From: Auanema rhodensis
Taxonomy: Eukaryota; Animalia; Nematoda
Reading direction: 5' to 3'
Assembly (NCBI GenBank): GCA_964057225.1
Contig: OZ059900.1
Coordinates: 25,234,001 to 25,298,000, forward strand
DNA length: 64,000 nucleotides
The translations under genes were made by a program, and so were the position numbers. Numbering within the stretch: position 1 is the first letter of the stretch; the number at the start of each line of letters is the position of its first letter. The notes beneath the pieces are model-generated. The model worked only from the letters and a program-made list of their open reading frames with translations. It was not told where the DNA came from and did not search any database. Shown piece by piece: positions 11,971-25,100 of this stretch.

Positions 11971-14900
11971 AAAACCTTGTTTACATCGAAATTTCCAAAA
12001 ACTGGTTTTCCAGCATAATAAAATATTTCTCATGAGAAATACTGTGTTTTTGTATTTTTTTAATGTTCAGCATGTAAAATGCTTCATTTTGATATGTAAA
12101 ACGCTGAAATTCGTTGCATTTGACGACTCATATGAACAAAAATCGATTTTATCAATATTAGCCATAAGGGGCGTGCCCTCAGAATATGCTAATTTCCTTA
12201 ATTTTCTAACCCCTGTTTTTTTGTCGTCGTTGTACGAACAATTTTGAGCTAGGTTTCATTGACATTGCATGAGTTTGAACACATGAAATCGTAAGTCAAA
12301 ACCTTGTTTACAGCAAAATTTCCAAAAACTGGTTTTCCAGCATAATAAAATATTTCTCATGGGAAATACAGTGTTTTTGTATTTTTTTAGTGTTCAGCAT
12401 GTAAAATGCTTTATTTTAATATGTAACACGCTGAAATTCGTTGCATTTGACGACTCATATGAACAAAAATCGATTTAATCAATATTAGCCATAAGGGGCG
12501 TGCCCTCAGAATATGCTAATTTCCTTAATTTTCTAACCCCTGTTTTTTTGTCGTGAAAGTGGAACTAGACGTTGTACGAACAATTTTGAGCTAAGTTTCA
12601 TTGACATTGCATGAGTTTGAACACATGAAATCGTAAGTCAAAACCTTGTTTACAGCGAAATTTCCAAAAACTGGTTTTCCAGCATAATAAAATATTTCTC
12701 ATGAGAAATACTGTGTTTTTGTATTTTTTTAATGTTCAGCATGTAAAATGCTTCATTTTGATATGTAAAACGCTGAAATTCGTTGCATTTGACGACTCAT
12801 ATGAACAAAAATCGATTTTATCAATATTAGCCATAAGGGGCGTGCCCTCAGAATATGCTAATTTCCTTAATTTTCTAACCCCTGTTTTTTTGTCGTGAAA
12901 GTGGAACTAGACGTTGTACGAACAATTTTGAGCTAGGTTTCATTGACATTGCATGAGTTTGAACACATGAAATCGTAAGTCAAAACCTTGTTTACAGCGA
13001 AATTTCCAAAAACTGGTTTTCCAGCATAATAAAATATTTCTCATGGGAAATACTGTGTTTTTGTATTTTTTCAGTGTTCAGCATGTAAAATGCTTCATTT
13101 TAGTATGTAACACGCTGAAATTCGTTGCATTTGACGACTCATATGAACAAAAATCGATTTAATCAATATTAGCCATAAGGGGCGTGCCCTCAGAATATGC
13201 TAATTTCCTTAATTTTCTAACCCCTGTTTTTTTGTCGTGAAAGTGGAACTAGACGTTGTACGAACAGTTTTGAGCTAGGTTTCATTGACATTGCATGAGT
13301 TTGAACACATGAAATCGTAAGTCAAAACCTTGTTTACAGCGAAATTTCCAAAAACTGGTTTTCCAGCATAATAAAATATTTCTCATGGGAAATACTGTGT
13401 TTTTGTATTTTTTCAGTGTTCAGCATGTAAAATGCTTCATTTTAGTATGTAACACGCTGAAATTCGTTGCATTTGACGACTCATATGAACAAAAATCGAT
13501 TTAATCAATATTAGCCATAAGGGGCGTGCCCTCAGAATATGCTAATTTTCTTAATTTTCTAACCCCTGTTTTTTTGTCGTGAAAGTGGAACTAGACGTTG
13601 TACGAACAATTTTGAGCTAGGTTTCATTGACATTGCATGAGTTTGAACACATGAAATCGTAAGTCAAAACCTTGTTTACAGCGAAATTTCCAAAAACTGG
13701 TTTTCCAGCATAATAAAATATTTCTCAAGGGAAAAACTGTGTTTTCATATTTTTCAAGTGTTCAGCATGTAAAATGCGTCATTTTAGTATGTAAAACGCT
13801 GAAATTCGTTGCATTTGACGACTCATATGAACAAAAATCGATTTTATCAATATTAGCCATAAGGGGCGTGCCCTCAGAATATGCTAATTTCCTTAATTTT
13901 CTAACCCCTGTTTTTTTGTCGTGAAAGTGGAACTAGACGTTGTACGAACAATTTTGAGCTAGGTTTCATTGACATTGCATGAGTTTGAACACATGAAATC
14001 GTAAGTCAAAACCTTGTTTACAGCGAAATTTCCAAAAACTGGTTTTCCAGCATAATAAAATATTTCTCAAGGGAAAAACTGTGTTTTCATATTTTTCAAG
14101 TGTTCAGCATGTAAAATGCTTCATTTTAGTATGTAACACGCTGAAATTCCTTGCATTTGACGACTCATATGAACAAAAATCGATTTAATCAATATTAGCC
14201 ATAAGGGGCGTGCCCTCAGAATTTGCTAATTTCCTTAATTTTCTAACCCCTGTTTTTTTGTCGTGAAAGTGGAACTAGACGTTGTACGAACAATTTTGAG
14301 CTAGGTTTCATTGACATTGCATGAGTTTGAACACATGAAATCGTAAGTCAAAACCTTGTTTACAGCAAAATTTCCAAAAACTGGTTTTCCAGCATAATAA
14401 AATATTTCTCATGGGAAATACAGTGTTTTTGTATTTTTTTAGTGTTCAGCATGTAAAATGCTTTATTTTAATATGTAACACGCTGAAATTCGTTGCATTT
14501 GACGACTCATATGAACAAAAATCGATTTAATCAATATTAGCCATAAGGGGCGTGCCCTCAGAATATGCTAATTTCCTTAATTTTCTAACCCCTGTTTTTT
14601 TGTCGTGAAAGTGGAACTAGACGTTGTACGAACAATTTTGAGCTAGGTTTCATTGACATTGCATGAGTTTGAACACATGAAATCGTAAGTCAAAACCTTG
14701 TTTACAGCAAAATTTCCAAAAACTGGTTTTCCAGCATAATAAAATATTTCTCATGGGAAATACAGTGTTTTTGTATTTTTTTAGTGTTCAGCATGTAAAA
14801 TGCTTTATTTTAATATGTAACACGCTGAAATTCGTTGCATTTGACGACTCATATGAACAAAAATCGATTTAATCAATATTAGCCATAAGGGGCGTGCCCT

Positions 14901-17900
14901 CAGAATATGCTAATTTCCTTAATTTTCTAACCCCTGTTTTTTTGTCGTGAAAGTGGAACTAGACGTTGTACGAACAATTTTGAGCTAAGTTTCATTGACA
15001 TTGCATGAGTTTGAACACATGAAATCGTAAGTCAAAACCTTGTTTACATCGAAATTTCCAAAAACTGGTTTTCCAGCATAATAAAATATTTCTCATGAGA
15101 AATACTGTGTTTTTGTATTTTTTTAATGTTCAGCATGTAAAATGCTTCATTTTGATATGTAAAACGCTGAAATTCGTTGCATTTGACGACTCATATGAAC
15201 AAAAATCGATTTTATCAATATTAGCCATAAGGGGCGTGCCCTCAGAATATGCTAATTTCCTTAATTTTCTAACCCCTGTTTTTTTGTCGTCGTTGTACGA
15301 ACAATTTTGAGCTAGGTTTCATTGACATTGCATGAGTTTGAACACATGAAATCGTAAGTCAAAACCTTGTTTACAGCAAAATTTCCAAAAACTGGTTTTC
15401 CAGCATAATAAAATATTTCTCATGGGAAATACAGTGTTTTTGTATTTTTTTAGTGTTCAGCATGTAAAATGCTTTATTTTAATATGTAACACGCTGAAAT
15501 TCGTTGCATTTGACGACTCATATGAACAAAAATCGATTTAATCAATATTAGCCATAAGGGGCGTGCCCTCAGAATATGCTAATTTCCTTAATTTTCTAAC
15601 CCCTGTTTTTTTGTCGTGAAAGTGGAACTAGACGTTGTACGAACAATTTTGAGCTAAGTTTCATTGACATTGCATGAGTTTGAACACATGAAATCGTAAG
15701 TCAAAACCTTGTTTACAGCGAAATTTCCAAAAACTGGTTTTCCAGCATAATAAAATATTTCTCATGAGAAATACTGTGTTTTTGTATTTTTTTAATGTTC
15801 AGCATGTAAAATGCTTCATTTTGATATGTAAAACGCTGAAATTCGTTGCATTTGACGACTCATATGAACAAAAATCGATTTTATCAATATTAGCCATAAG
15901 GGGCGTGCCCTCAGAATATGCTAATTTCCTTAATTTTCTAACCCCTGTTTTTTTGTCGTGAAAGTGGAACTAGACGTTGTACGAACAATTTTGAGCTAGG
16001 TTTCATTGACATTGCATGAGTTTGAACACATGAAATCGTAAGTCAAAACCTTGTTTACAGCGAAATTTCCAAAAACTGGTTTTCCAGCATAATAAAATAT
16101 TTCTCATGGGAAATACTGTGTTTTTGTATTTTTTCAGTGTTCAGCATGTAAAATGCTTCATTTTAGTATGTAACACGCTGAAATTCGTTGCATTTGACGA
16201 CTCATATGAACAAAAATCGATTTAATCAATATTAGCCATAAGGGGCGTGCCCTCAGAATATGCTAATTTCCTTAATTTTCTAACCCCTGTTTTTTTGTCG
16301 TGAAAGTGGAACTAGACGTTGTACGAACAGTTTTGAGCTAGGTTTCATTGACATTGCATGAGTTTGAACACATGAAATCGTAAGTCAAAACCTTGTTTAC
16401 AGCGAAATTTCCAAAAACTGGTTTTCCAGCATAATAAAATATTTCTCATGGGAAATACTGTGTTTTTGTATTTTTTCAGTGTTCAGCATGTAAAATGCTT
16501 CATTTTAGTATGTAACACGCTGAAATTCGTTGCATTTGACGACTCATATGAACAAAAATCGATTTAATCAATATTAGCCATAAGGGGCGTGCCCTCAGAA
16601 TATGCTAATTTTCTTAATTTTCTAACCCCTGTTTTTTTGTCGTGAAAGTGGAACTAGACGTTGTACGAACAATTTTGAGCTAGGTTTCATTGACATTGCA
16701 TGAGTTTGAACACATGAAATCGTAAGTCAAAACCTTGTTTACAGCGAAATTTCCAAAAACTGGTTTTCCAGCATAATAAAATATTTCTCAAGGGAAAAAC
16801 TGTGTTTTCATATTTTTCAAGTGTTCAGCATGTAAAATGCGTCATTTTAGTATGTAAAACGCTGAAATTCGTTGCATTTGACGACTCATATGAACAAAAA
16901 TCGATTTTATCAATATTAGCCATAAGGGGCGTGCCCTCAGAATATGCTAATTTCCTTAATTTTCTAACCCCTGTTTTTTTGTCGTGAAAGTGGAACTAGA
17001 CGTTGTACGAACAATTTTGAGCTAGGTTTCATTGACATTGCATGAGTTTGAACACATGAAATCGTAAGTCAAAACCTTGTTTACAGCGAAATTTCCAAAA
17101 ACTGGTTTTCCAGCATAATAAAATATTTCTCAAGGGAAAAACTGTGTTTTCATATTTTTCAAGTGTTCAGCATGTAAAATGCTTCATTTTAGTATGTAAC
17201 ACGCTGAAATTCCTTGCATTTGACGACTCATATGAACAAAAATCGATTTAATCAATATTAGCCATAAGGGGCGTGCCCTCAGAATTTGCTAATTTCCTTA
17301 ATTTTCTAACCCCTGTTTTTTTGTCGTGAAAGTGGAACTAGACGTTGTACGAACAATTTTGAGCTAGGTTTCATTGACATTGCATGAGTTTGAACACATG
17401 AAATCGTAAGTCAAAACCTTGTTTACAGCGAAATTTCCAAAAACTGGTTTTCCAGCATAATACAATATTTCTCATGGGAAATACTGTGTTTTTGTATTTT
17501 TCTAGTGTTCAGAATGTAGAATGCTTCATTTTAGTATGTAACACGCTGAAATTCGTTGCATTTGACGACTCATATGAACAAAAATCGATTTAATCAATAT
17601 TAGCCATAAGGGGCGTGCCCTCAGAATTTGCTAATTTCCTTAATTTTCTAACCCCTGTTTTTTTGTCGTGAAAGTGGAACTAGACGTTGTACGAACAATT
17701 TTGAGCTAGGTTTCATTGACATTGCATGAGTTTGAACACATGAAATCGTAAGTCAAAACCTTGTTTACAGCGAAATTTCCAAAAACTGGTTTTCCAGCAT
17801 AATAAAATATTTCTCATGGGAAATACTGTGTTTTTGTATTTTTCTAGTGTTCAGCATGTAAAATGCTTCATTTTAGTATGTAACACGCTGAAATTTGTTG

Positions 17901-20900
17901 CATTTGACGACTCATATGAACAAAAATCGATTTAATCAATATTAGCCATAAGGGGCGTGCCCTCAGAATATGCTAATTTCCTTAATTTTCTAACCCCTGT
18001 TTTTTTGTCGTGAAAGTAGAACTAGACGTTGTACGAACAATTTTGAGCTAGGTTTCATTGACATTGCATGAGTTTGAACACATGAAATCGTAAGTCAAAA
18101 CCTTGTTTACAGCGAAATTTCCAAAAACTGGTTTTCCAGCATAATAAAATATTTCTCATGGGAAATACTGTGTTTTTGTATTTTTCTAGTGTTCAGCATG
18201 TAAAATGCTTCATTTTAGTATGTAACACGCTGAAATTTGTTGCATTTGACGACTCATATGAACAAAAATCGATTTAATCAATATTAGCCATAAGGGGCGT
18301 GCCCTCAGAATATGCTAATTTCCTTAATTTTCTAACCCCTGTTTTTTTGTCGTGAAAGTGGAACTAGACGTTGTACGAACAATTTTGAGCTAAGTTTCAT
18401 TGACATTGCATGAGTTTGAACACATGAAATCGTAAGTCAAAACCTTGTTTACATCGAAATTTCCAAAAACTGGTTTTCCAGCATAATAAAATATTTCTCA
18501 TGAGAAATACTGTGTTTTTGTATTTTTTTAATGTTCAGCATGTAAAATGCTTCATTTTGATATGTAAAACGCTGAAATTCGTTGCATTTGACGACTCATA
18601 TGAACAAAAATCGATTTTATCAATATTAGCCATAAGGGGCGTGCCCTCAGAATATGCTAATTTCCTTAATTTTCTAACCCCTGTTTTTTTGTCGTCGTTG
18701 TACGAACAATTTTGAGCTAGGTTTCATTGACATTGCATGAGTTTGAACACATGAAATCGTAAGTCAAAACCTTGTTTACAGCAAAATTTCCAAAAACTGG
18801 TTTTCCAGCATAATAAAATATTTCTCATGGGAAATACAGTGTTTTTGTATTTTTTTAGTGTTCAGCATGTAAAATGCTTTATTTTAATATGTAACACGCT
18901 GAAATTCGTTGCATTTGACGACTCATATGAACAAAAATCGATTTAATCAATATTAGCCATAAGGGGCGTGCCCTCAGAATATGCTAATTTCCTTAATTTT
19001 CTAACCCCTGTTTTTTTGTCGTGAAAGTGGAACTAGACGTTGTACGAACAATTTTGAGCTAAGTTTCATTGACATTGCATGAGTTTGAACACATGAAATC
19101 GTAAGTCAAAACCTTGTTTACAGCGAAATTTCCAAAAACTGGTTTTCCAGCATAATAAAATATTTCTCATGAGAAATACTGTGTTTTTGTATTTTTTTAA
19201 TGTTCAGCATGTAAAATGCTTCATTTTGATATGTAAAACGCTGAAATTCGTTGCATTTGACGACTCATATGAACAAAAATCGATTTTATCAATATTAGCC
19301 ATAAGGGGCGTGCCCTCAGAATATGCTAATTTCCTTAATTTTCTAACCCCTGTTTTTTTGTCGTGAAAGTGGAACTAGACGTTGTACGAACAATTTTGAG
19401 CTAGGTTTCATTGACATTGCATGAGTTTGAACACATGAAATCGTAAGTCAAAACCTTGTTTACAGCGAAATTTCCAAAAACTGGTTTTCCAGCATAATAA
19501 AATATTTCTCATGGGAAATACTGTGTTTTTGTATTTTTTCAGTGTTCAGCATGTAAAATGCTTCATTTTAGTATGTAACACGCTGAAATTCGTTGCATTT
19601 GACGACTCATATGAACAAAAATCGATTTAATCAATATTAGCCATAAGGGGCGTGCCCTCAGAATATGCTAATTTCCTTAATTTTCTAACCCCTGTTTTTT
19701 TGTCGTGAAAGTGGAACTAGACGTTGTACGAACAGTTTTGAGCTAGGTTTCATTGACATTGCATGAGTTTGAACACATGAAATCGTAAGTCAAAACCTTG
19801 TTTACAGCGAAATTTCCAAAAACTGGTTTTCCAGCATAATAAAATATTTCTCATGGGAAATACTGTGTTTTTGTATTTTTTCAGTGTTCAGCATGTAAAA
19901 TGCTTCATTTTAGTATGTAACACGCTGAAATTCGTTGCATTTGACGACTCATATGAACAAAAATCGATTTAATCAATATTAGCCATAAGGGGCGTGCCCT
20001 CAGAATATGCTAATTTTCTTAATTTTCTAACCCCTGTTTTTTTGTCGTGAAAGTGGAACTAGACGTTGTACGAACAATTTTGAGCTAGGTTTCATTGACA
20101 TTGCATGAGTTTGAACACATGAAATCGTAAGTCAAAACCTTGTTTACAGCGAAATTTCCAAAAACTGGTTTTCCAGCATAATAAAATATTTCTCAAGGGA
20201 AAAACTGTGTTTTCATATTTTTCAAGTGTTCAGCATGTAAAATGCGTCATTTTAGTATGTAAAACGCTGAAATTCGTTGCATTTGACGACTCATATGAAC
20301 AAAAATCGATTTTATCAATATTAGCCATAAGGGGCGTGCCCTCAGAATATGCTAATTTCCTTAATTTTCTAACCCCTGTTTTTTTGTCGTGAAAGTGGAA
20401 CTAGACGTTGTACGAACAATTTTGAGCTAGGTTTCATTGACATTGCATGAGTTTGAACACATGAAATCGTAAGTCAAAACCTTGTTTACAGCGAAATTTC
20501 CAAAAACTGGTTTTCCAGCATAATAAAATATTTCTCAAGGGAAAAACTGTGTTTTCATATTTTTCAAGTGTTCAGCATGTAAAATGCTTCATTTTAGTAT
20601 GTAACACGCTGAAATTCCTTGCATTTGACGACTCATATGAACAAAAATCGATTTAATCAATATTAGCCATAAGGGGCGTGCCCTCAGAATTTGCTAATTT
20701 CCTTAATTTTCTAACCCCTGTTTTTTTGTCGTGAAAGTGGAACTAGACGTTGTACGAACAATTTTGAGCTAGGTTTCATTGACATTGCATGAGTTTGAAC
20801 ACATGAAATCGTAAGTCAAAACCTTGTTTACAGCGAAATTTCCAAAAACTGGTTTTCCAGCATAATACAATATTTCTCATGGGAAATACTGTGTTTTTGT

Positions 20901-21501
20901 ATTTTTCTAGTGTTCAGAATGTAGAATGCTTCATTTTAGTATGTAACACGCTGAAATTCGTTGCATTTGACGACTCATATGAACAAAAATCGATTTAATC
21001 AATATTAGCCATAAGGGGCGTGCCCTCAGAATTTGCTAATTTCCTTAATTTTCTAACCCCTGTTTTTTTGTCGTGAAAGTGGAACTAGACGTTGTACGAA
21101 CAATTTTGAGCTAGGTTTCATTGACATTGCATGAGTTTGAACACATGAAATCGTAAGTCAAAACCTTGTTTACAGCGAAATTTCCAAAAACTGGTTTTCC
21201 AGCATAATAAAATATTTCTCATGGGAAATACTGTGTTTTTGTATTTTTCTAGTGTTCAGCATGTAAAATGCTTCATTTTAGTATGTAACACGCTGAAATT
21301 TGTTGCATTTGACGACTCATATGAACAAAAATCGATTTAATCAATATTAGCCATAAGGGGCGTGCCCTCAGAATATGCTAATTTCCTTAATTTTCTAACC
21401 CCTGTTTTTTTGTCGTGAAAGTAGAACTAGACGTTGTACGAACAATTTTGAGCTAGGTTTCATTGACATTGCATGAGTTTGAACACATGAAATCGTAAGT
21501 C
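11971..21501 (+). repeat. Three copies of a 9-10-monomer higher-order unit tagged by a 327-bp deletion monomer
   Basis: Deletion junctions TTGTCGT|CGTTGTAC at 12227, 15290 and 18695 (spacings 3063=9x342-15 and 3405=10x342-15). Each is followed by the same order Q-R-C-C-S-S with a shared rare SNP (GCTAATTTTCTT). Confidence 0.9.
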
Positions 21502-22185
21502 AAAACCTTGTTTACAGCGAAATTTCCAAAAACTGGTTTTCCAGCATAATAAAATATTTCTCAAGGGAAAAACTGTGTTTTCATATTTTTCAAGTGTTCA
21601 GCATGTAAAATGCTTCATTTTAGTATGTAACACGCTGAAATTCCTTGCATTTGACGACTCATATGAACAAAAATCGATTTAATCAATATTAGCCATAAGG
21701 GGCGTGCCCTCAGAATATGCTAATTTCCTTAATTTTCTAACCCCTGTTTTTTTGTCGTGAAAGTGGAACTAGACGTTGTACGAACAATTTTGAGCTAGGT
21801 TTCATTGACATTGCATGAGTTTGAACACATGCAATCGTAAGTCAAAACCTTGTTTACAGCGAAATTTCCAAAAACTGGTTTTCCAGCATAATAAAATATT
21901 TCTCATGGGAAAAACTGTGTTTTTGTATTTTTCTAGTGTTCAGCATGTAAAATGCTTTCTTTTAATATGTAACACGCTGAAATTCGTTGCATTTGACGAC
22001 TCATATGAACAAAAATCGATTTAATCAATATTAGCCATAAGGGGCGTGCCCTCAGAATATGCTAATTTCCTTAATTTTCTAACCCCTGTTTTTTTGTCGT
22101 GAAAGTGGAACTAGACGTTGTACGAACAATTTTGAGCTAAGTTTCATTGACATTGCATGAGTTTGAACACATGAAATCGTAAGTC

Positions 22186-25100
22186 AAAACCTTGTTTACA
22201 GCGAAATTTCCAAAAACTGGTTTTCCAGCATAATAAAATATTTCTCATGAGAAATACTGTGTTTTTGTATTTTTTTAATGTTCAGCATGTAAAACGCTTC
22301 ATTTGGATATGTAAAACGCTGAAATTCGTTGCATTTGACGACTCATATGAACAAAAATCGATTTTATCAATATTAGCCATAAGGGGCGTGCCCTCAGAAT
22401 ATGCTAATTTCCTTAATTTTCTAACCCCTGTTTTTTTGTCGTGAAAGTGGAACTAGACGTTGTACGAACAGTTTTGAGCTAGGTTTCATTGACATTGCAT
22501 GAGTTTGAACACATGAAATCGTAAGTCAAAACCTTGTTTACAGCGAAATTTCCAAAAACTGGTTTTCCAGCATAATAAAATATTTCTCATGGGAAATACT
22601 GTGTTTTTGTATTTTTTCAGTGTTCAGCATGTAAAATGCTTCATTTTAGTATGTAACACGCTGAAATTCGTTGCATTTGACGACTGATATGAACAAAAAT
22701 CGATTTAATCAATATTAGCCATAAGGGGCGTGCCCTCAGAATATGCTAATTTCCTTAATTTTCTAACCCCTGTTTTTTTGTCGTGAAAGTGGAACTAGAC
22801 GTTGTACGAACAATTTTGAGCTAGGTTTCATTGACATTGCATGAGTTTGAACACATGAAATCGTAAGTCAAAACCTTGTTTACAGCGAAATTTCCAAAAA
22901 CTGGTTTTCCAGCATAATAAAATATTTCTCATATGAAATACTGTGTTTTTGTATTTTTTTAGTGTTCAGCATGTAAAATGCGTCATTTTAGTATGTAAAA
23001 CGCTGAAATTCGTTGCATTTGACGACTCATATGAACAAAAATCGATTTTATCAATATTAGCCATAAGGGGCGTGCCCTCAGAATATGCTAATTTCCTTAA
23101 TTTTCTAACCCCTGTTTTTTTGTCGTGAAAGTGGAACTAGACGTTGTACGAACAATTTTGAGCTAAGTTTCATTGACATTGCATGAGTTTGAACACATGA
23201 AATCGTAAGTCAAAACCTTGTTTACAGCGAAATTTCCAAAAACTGGTTTTCCAGCATAATAAAATATTTCTCATGAGAAATACTGTGTTTTTGTATTTTT
23301 TTAATGTTCAGCATGTAAAATGCTTTATTTTGATATGTAAAACGCTGAAATTCGTTGCATTTGACGACTCATATGAACAAAAATCGATTTTATCAATATT
23401 AGCCATAAGGGGCGTGCCCTCAGAATATGCTAATTTCCTTAATTTTCTAACCCCTGTTTTTTTGTCGTGAAAGTGGAACTAGACGTTGTACGAACAATTT
23501 TGAGCTAGGTTTCATTGACATTGCATGAGTTTGAACACATGAAATCGTAAGTCAAAACCTTGTTTACAGCGAAATTTCCAAAAACTGGTTTTCCAGCATA
23601 ATACAATATTTCTCATGGGAAATACTGTGTTTTTATATTTTTCTAGTGTTCAGCATGTAAAATGCTTCATTTTAGTATGTAACACGCTGAAATTCGTTGC
23701 ATTTGACGACTCATATGAACAAAAATCGATTTTATCAATATTAGCCATAAGGGGCGTGCCCTCAGAATATGCTAATTTCCTTAATTTTCTAACCCCTGTT
23801 TTTTTGTCGTGAAAGTGGAACTAGACGTTGTACGAACAGTTTTGAGCTAGGTTTCATTGACATTGCATGAGTTTGAACACATGAAATCGTAAGTCAAAAC
23901 CTTGTTTACAGCGAAATTTCCAAAAACTGGTTTTCCAGCATAATAAAATATTTCTCATGGGAAATACTGTGTTTTTGTATTTTTTCAGTGTTCAGCATGT
24001 AAAATGCTTCATTTTAGTATGTAACACGCTGAAATTCGTTGCATTTGACGACTCATATGAACAAAAATCGATTTAATCAATATTAGCCATAAGGGGCGTG
24101 CCCTCAGAATATGCTAATTTCCTTAATTTTCTAACCCCTGTTTTTTTGTCGTGAAAGTGGAACTAGACGTTGTACGAACAATTTTGAGCTAAGTTTCATT
24201 GACATTGCATGAGTTTGAACACATGAAATCGTAAGTCAAAACCTTGTTTACAGCGAAATTTCCAAAAACTGGTTTTCCAGCATAATAAAATATTTCTCAT
24301 GAGAAATACTGTGTTTTTGTATTTTTTTAATGTTCAGCATGTAAAACGCTTCATTTTGATATGTAAAACGCTGAAATTCGTTGCATTTGACGACTCATAT
24401 GAACAAAAATCGATTTTATCAATATTAGCCATAAGGGGCGTGCCCTCAGAATATGCTAATTTCCTTAATTTTCTAACCCCTGTTTTTTTGTCGTGAAAGT
24501 GGAACTAGACGTTGTACGAACAATTTTAAGCTAGGTTTCATTGACATTGCATGAGTTTGAACACATGAAATCGTAAGTCAAAACCTTGTTTACAGCGAAA
24601 TTTCCAAAAACTGGTTTTCCAGCATAATACAATATTTCTCATGGGAAATACTGTGTTTTTATATTTTTCTAGTGTTCAGCATGTAAAGTGCTTCATTTTA
24701 GTATGTAACACGCTGAAATTCGTTGCATTTGACGACTCATATGAACAAAAATCGATTTTATCAATATTAGCCATAAGGGGCGTGCCCTCAGAATATGCTA
24801 ATTTCCTTAATTTTCTAACCCCTGTTTTTTTGTCGTGAAAGTGGAACTAGACGTTGTACGAACAGTTTTGAGCTAGGTTTCATTGACATTGCATGAGTTT
24901 GAACACATGAAATCGTAAGTCAAAACCTTGTTTACAGCGAAATTTCCAAAAACTGGTTTTCCAGCATAATAAAATATTTCTCATGGGAAATACTGTGTTT
25001 TTGTATTTTTTCAGTGTTCAGCATGTAAAATGCTTCATTTTAGTATGTAACACGCTGAAATTCGTTGCATTTGACGACTGATATGAACAAAAATCGATTT

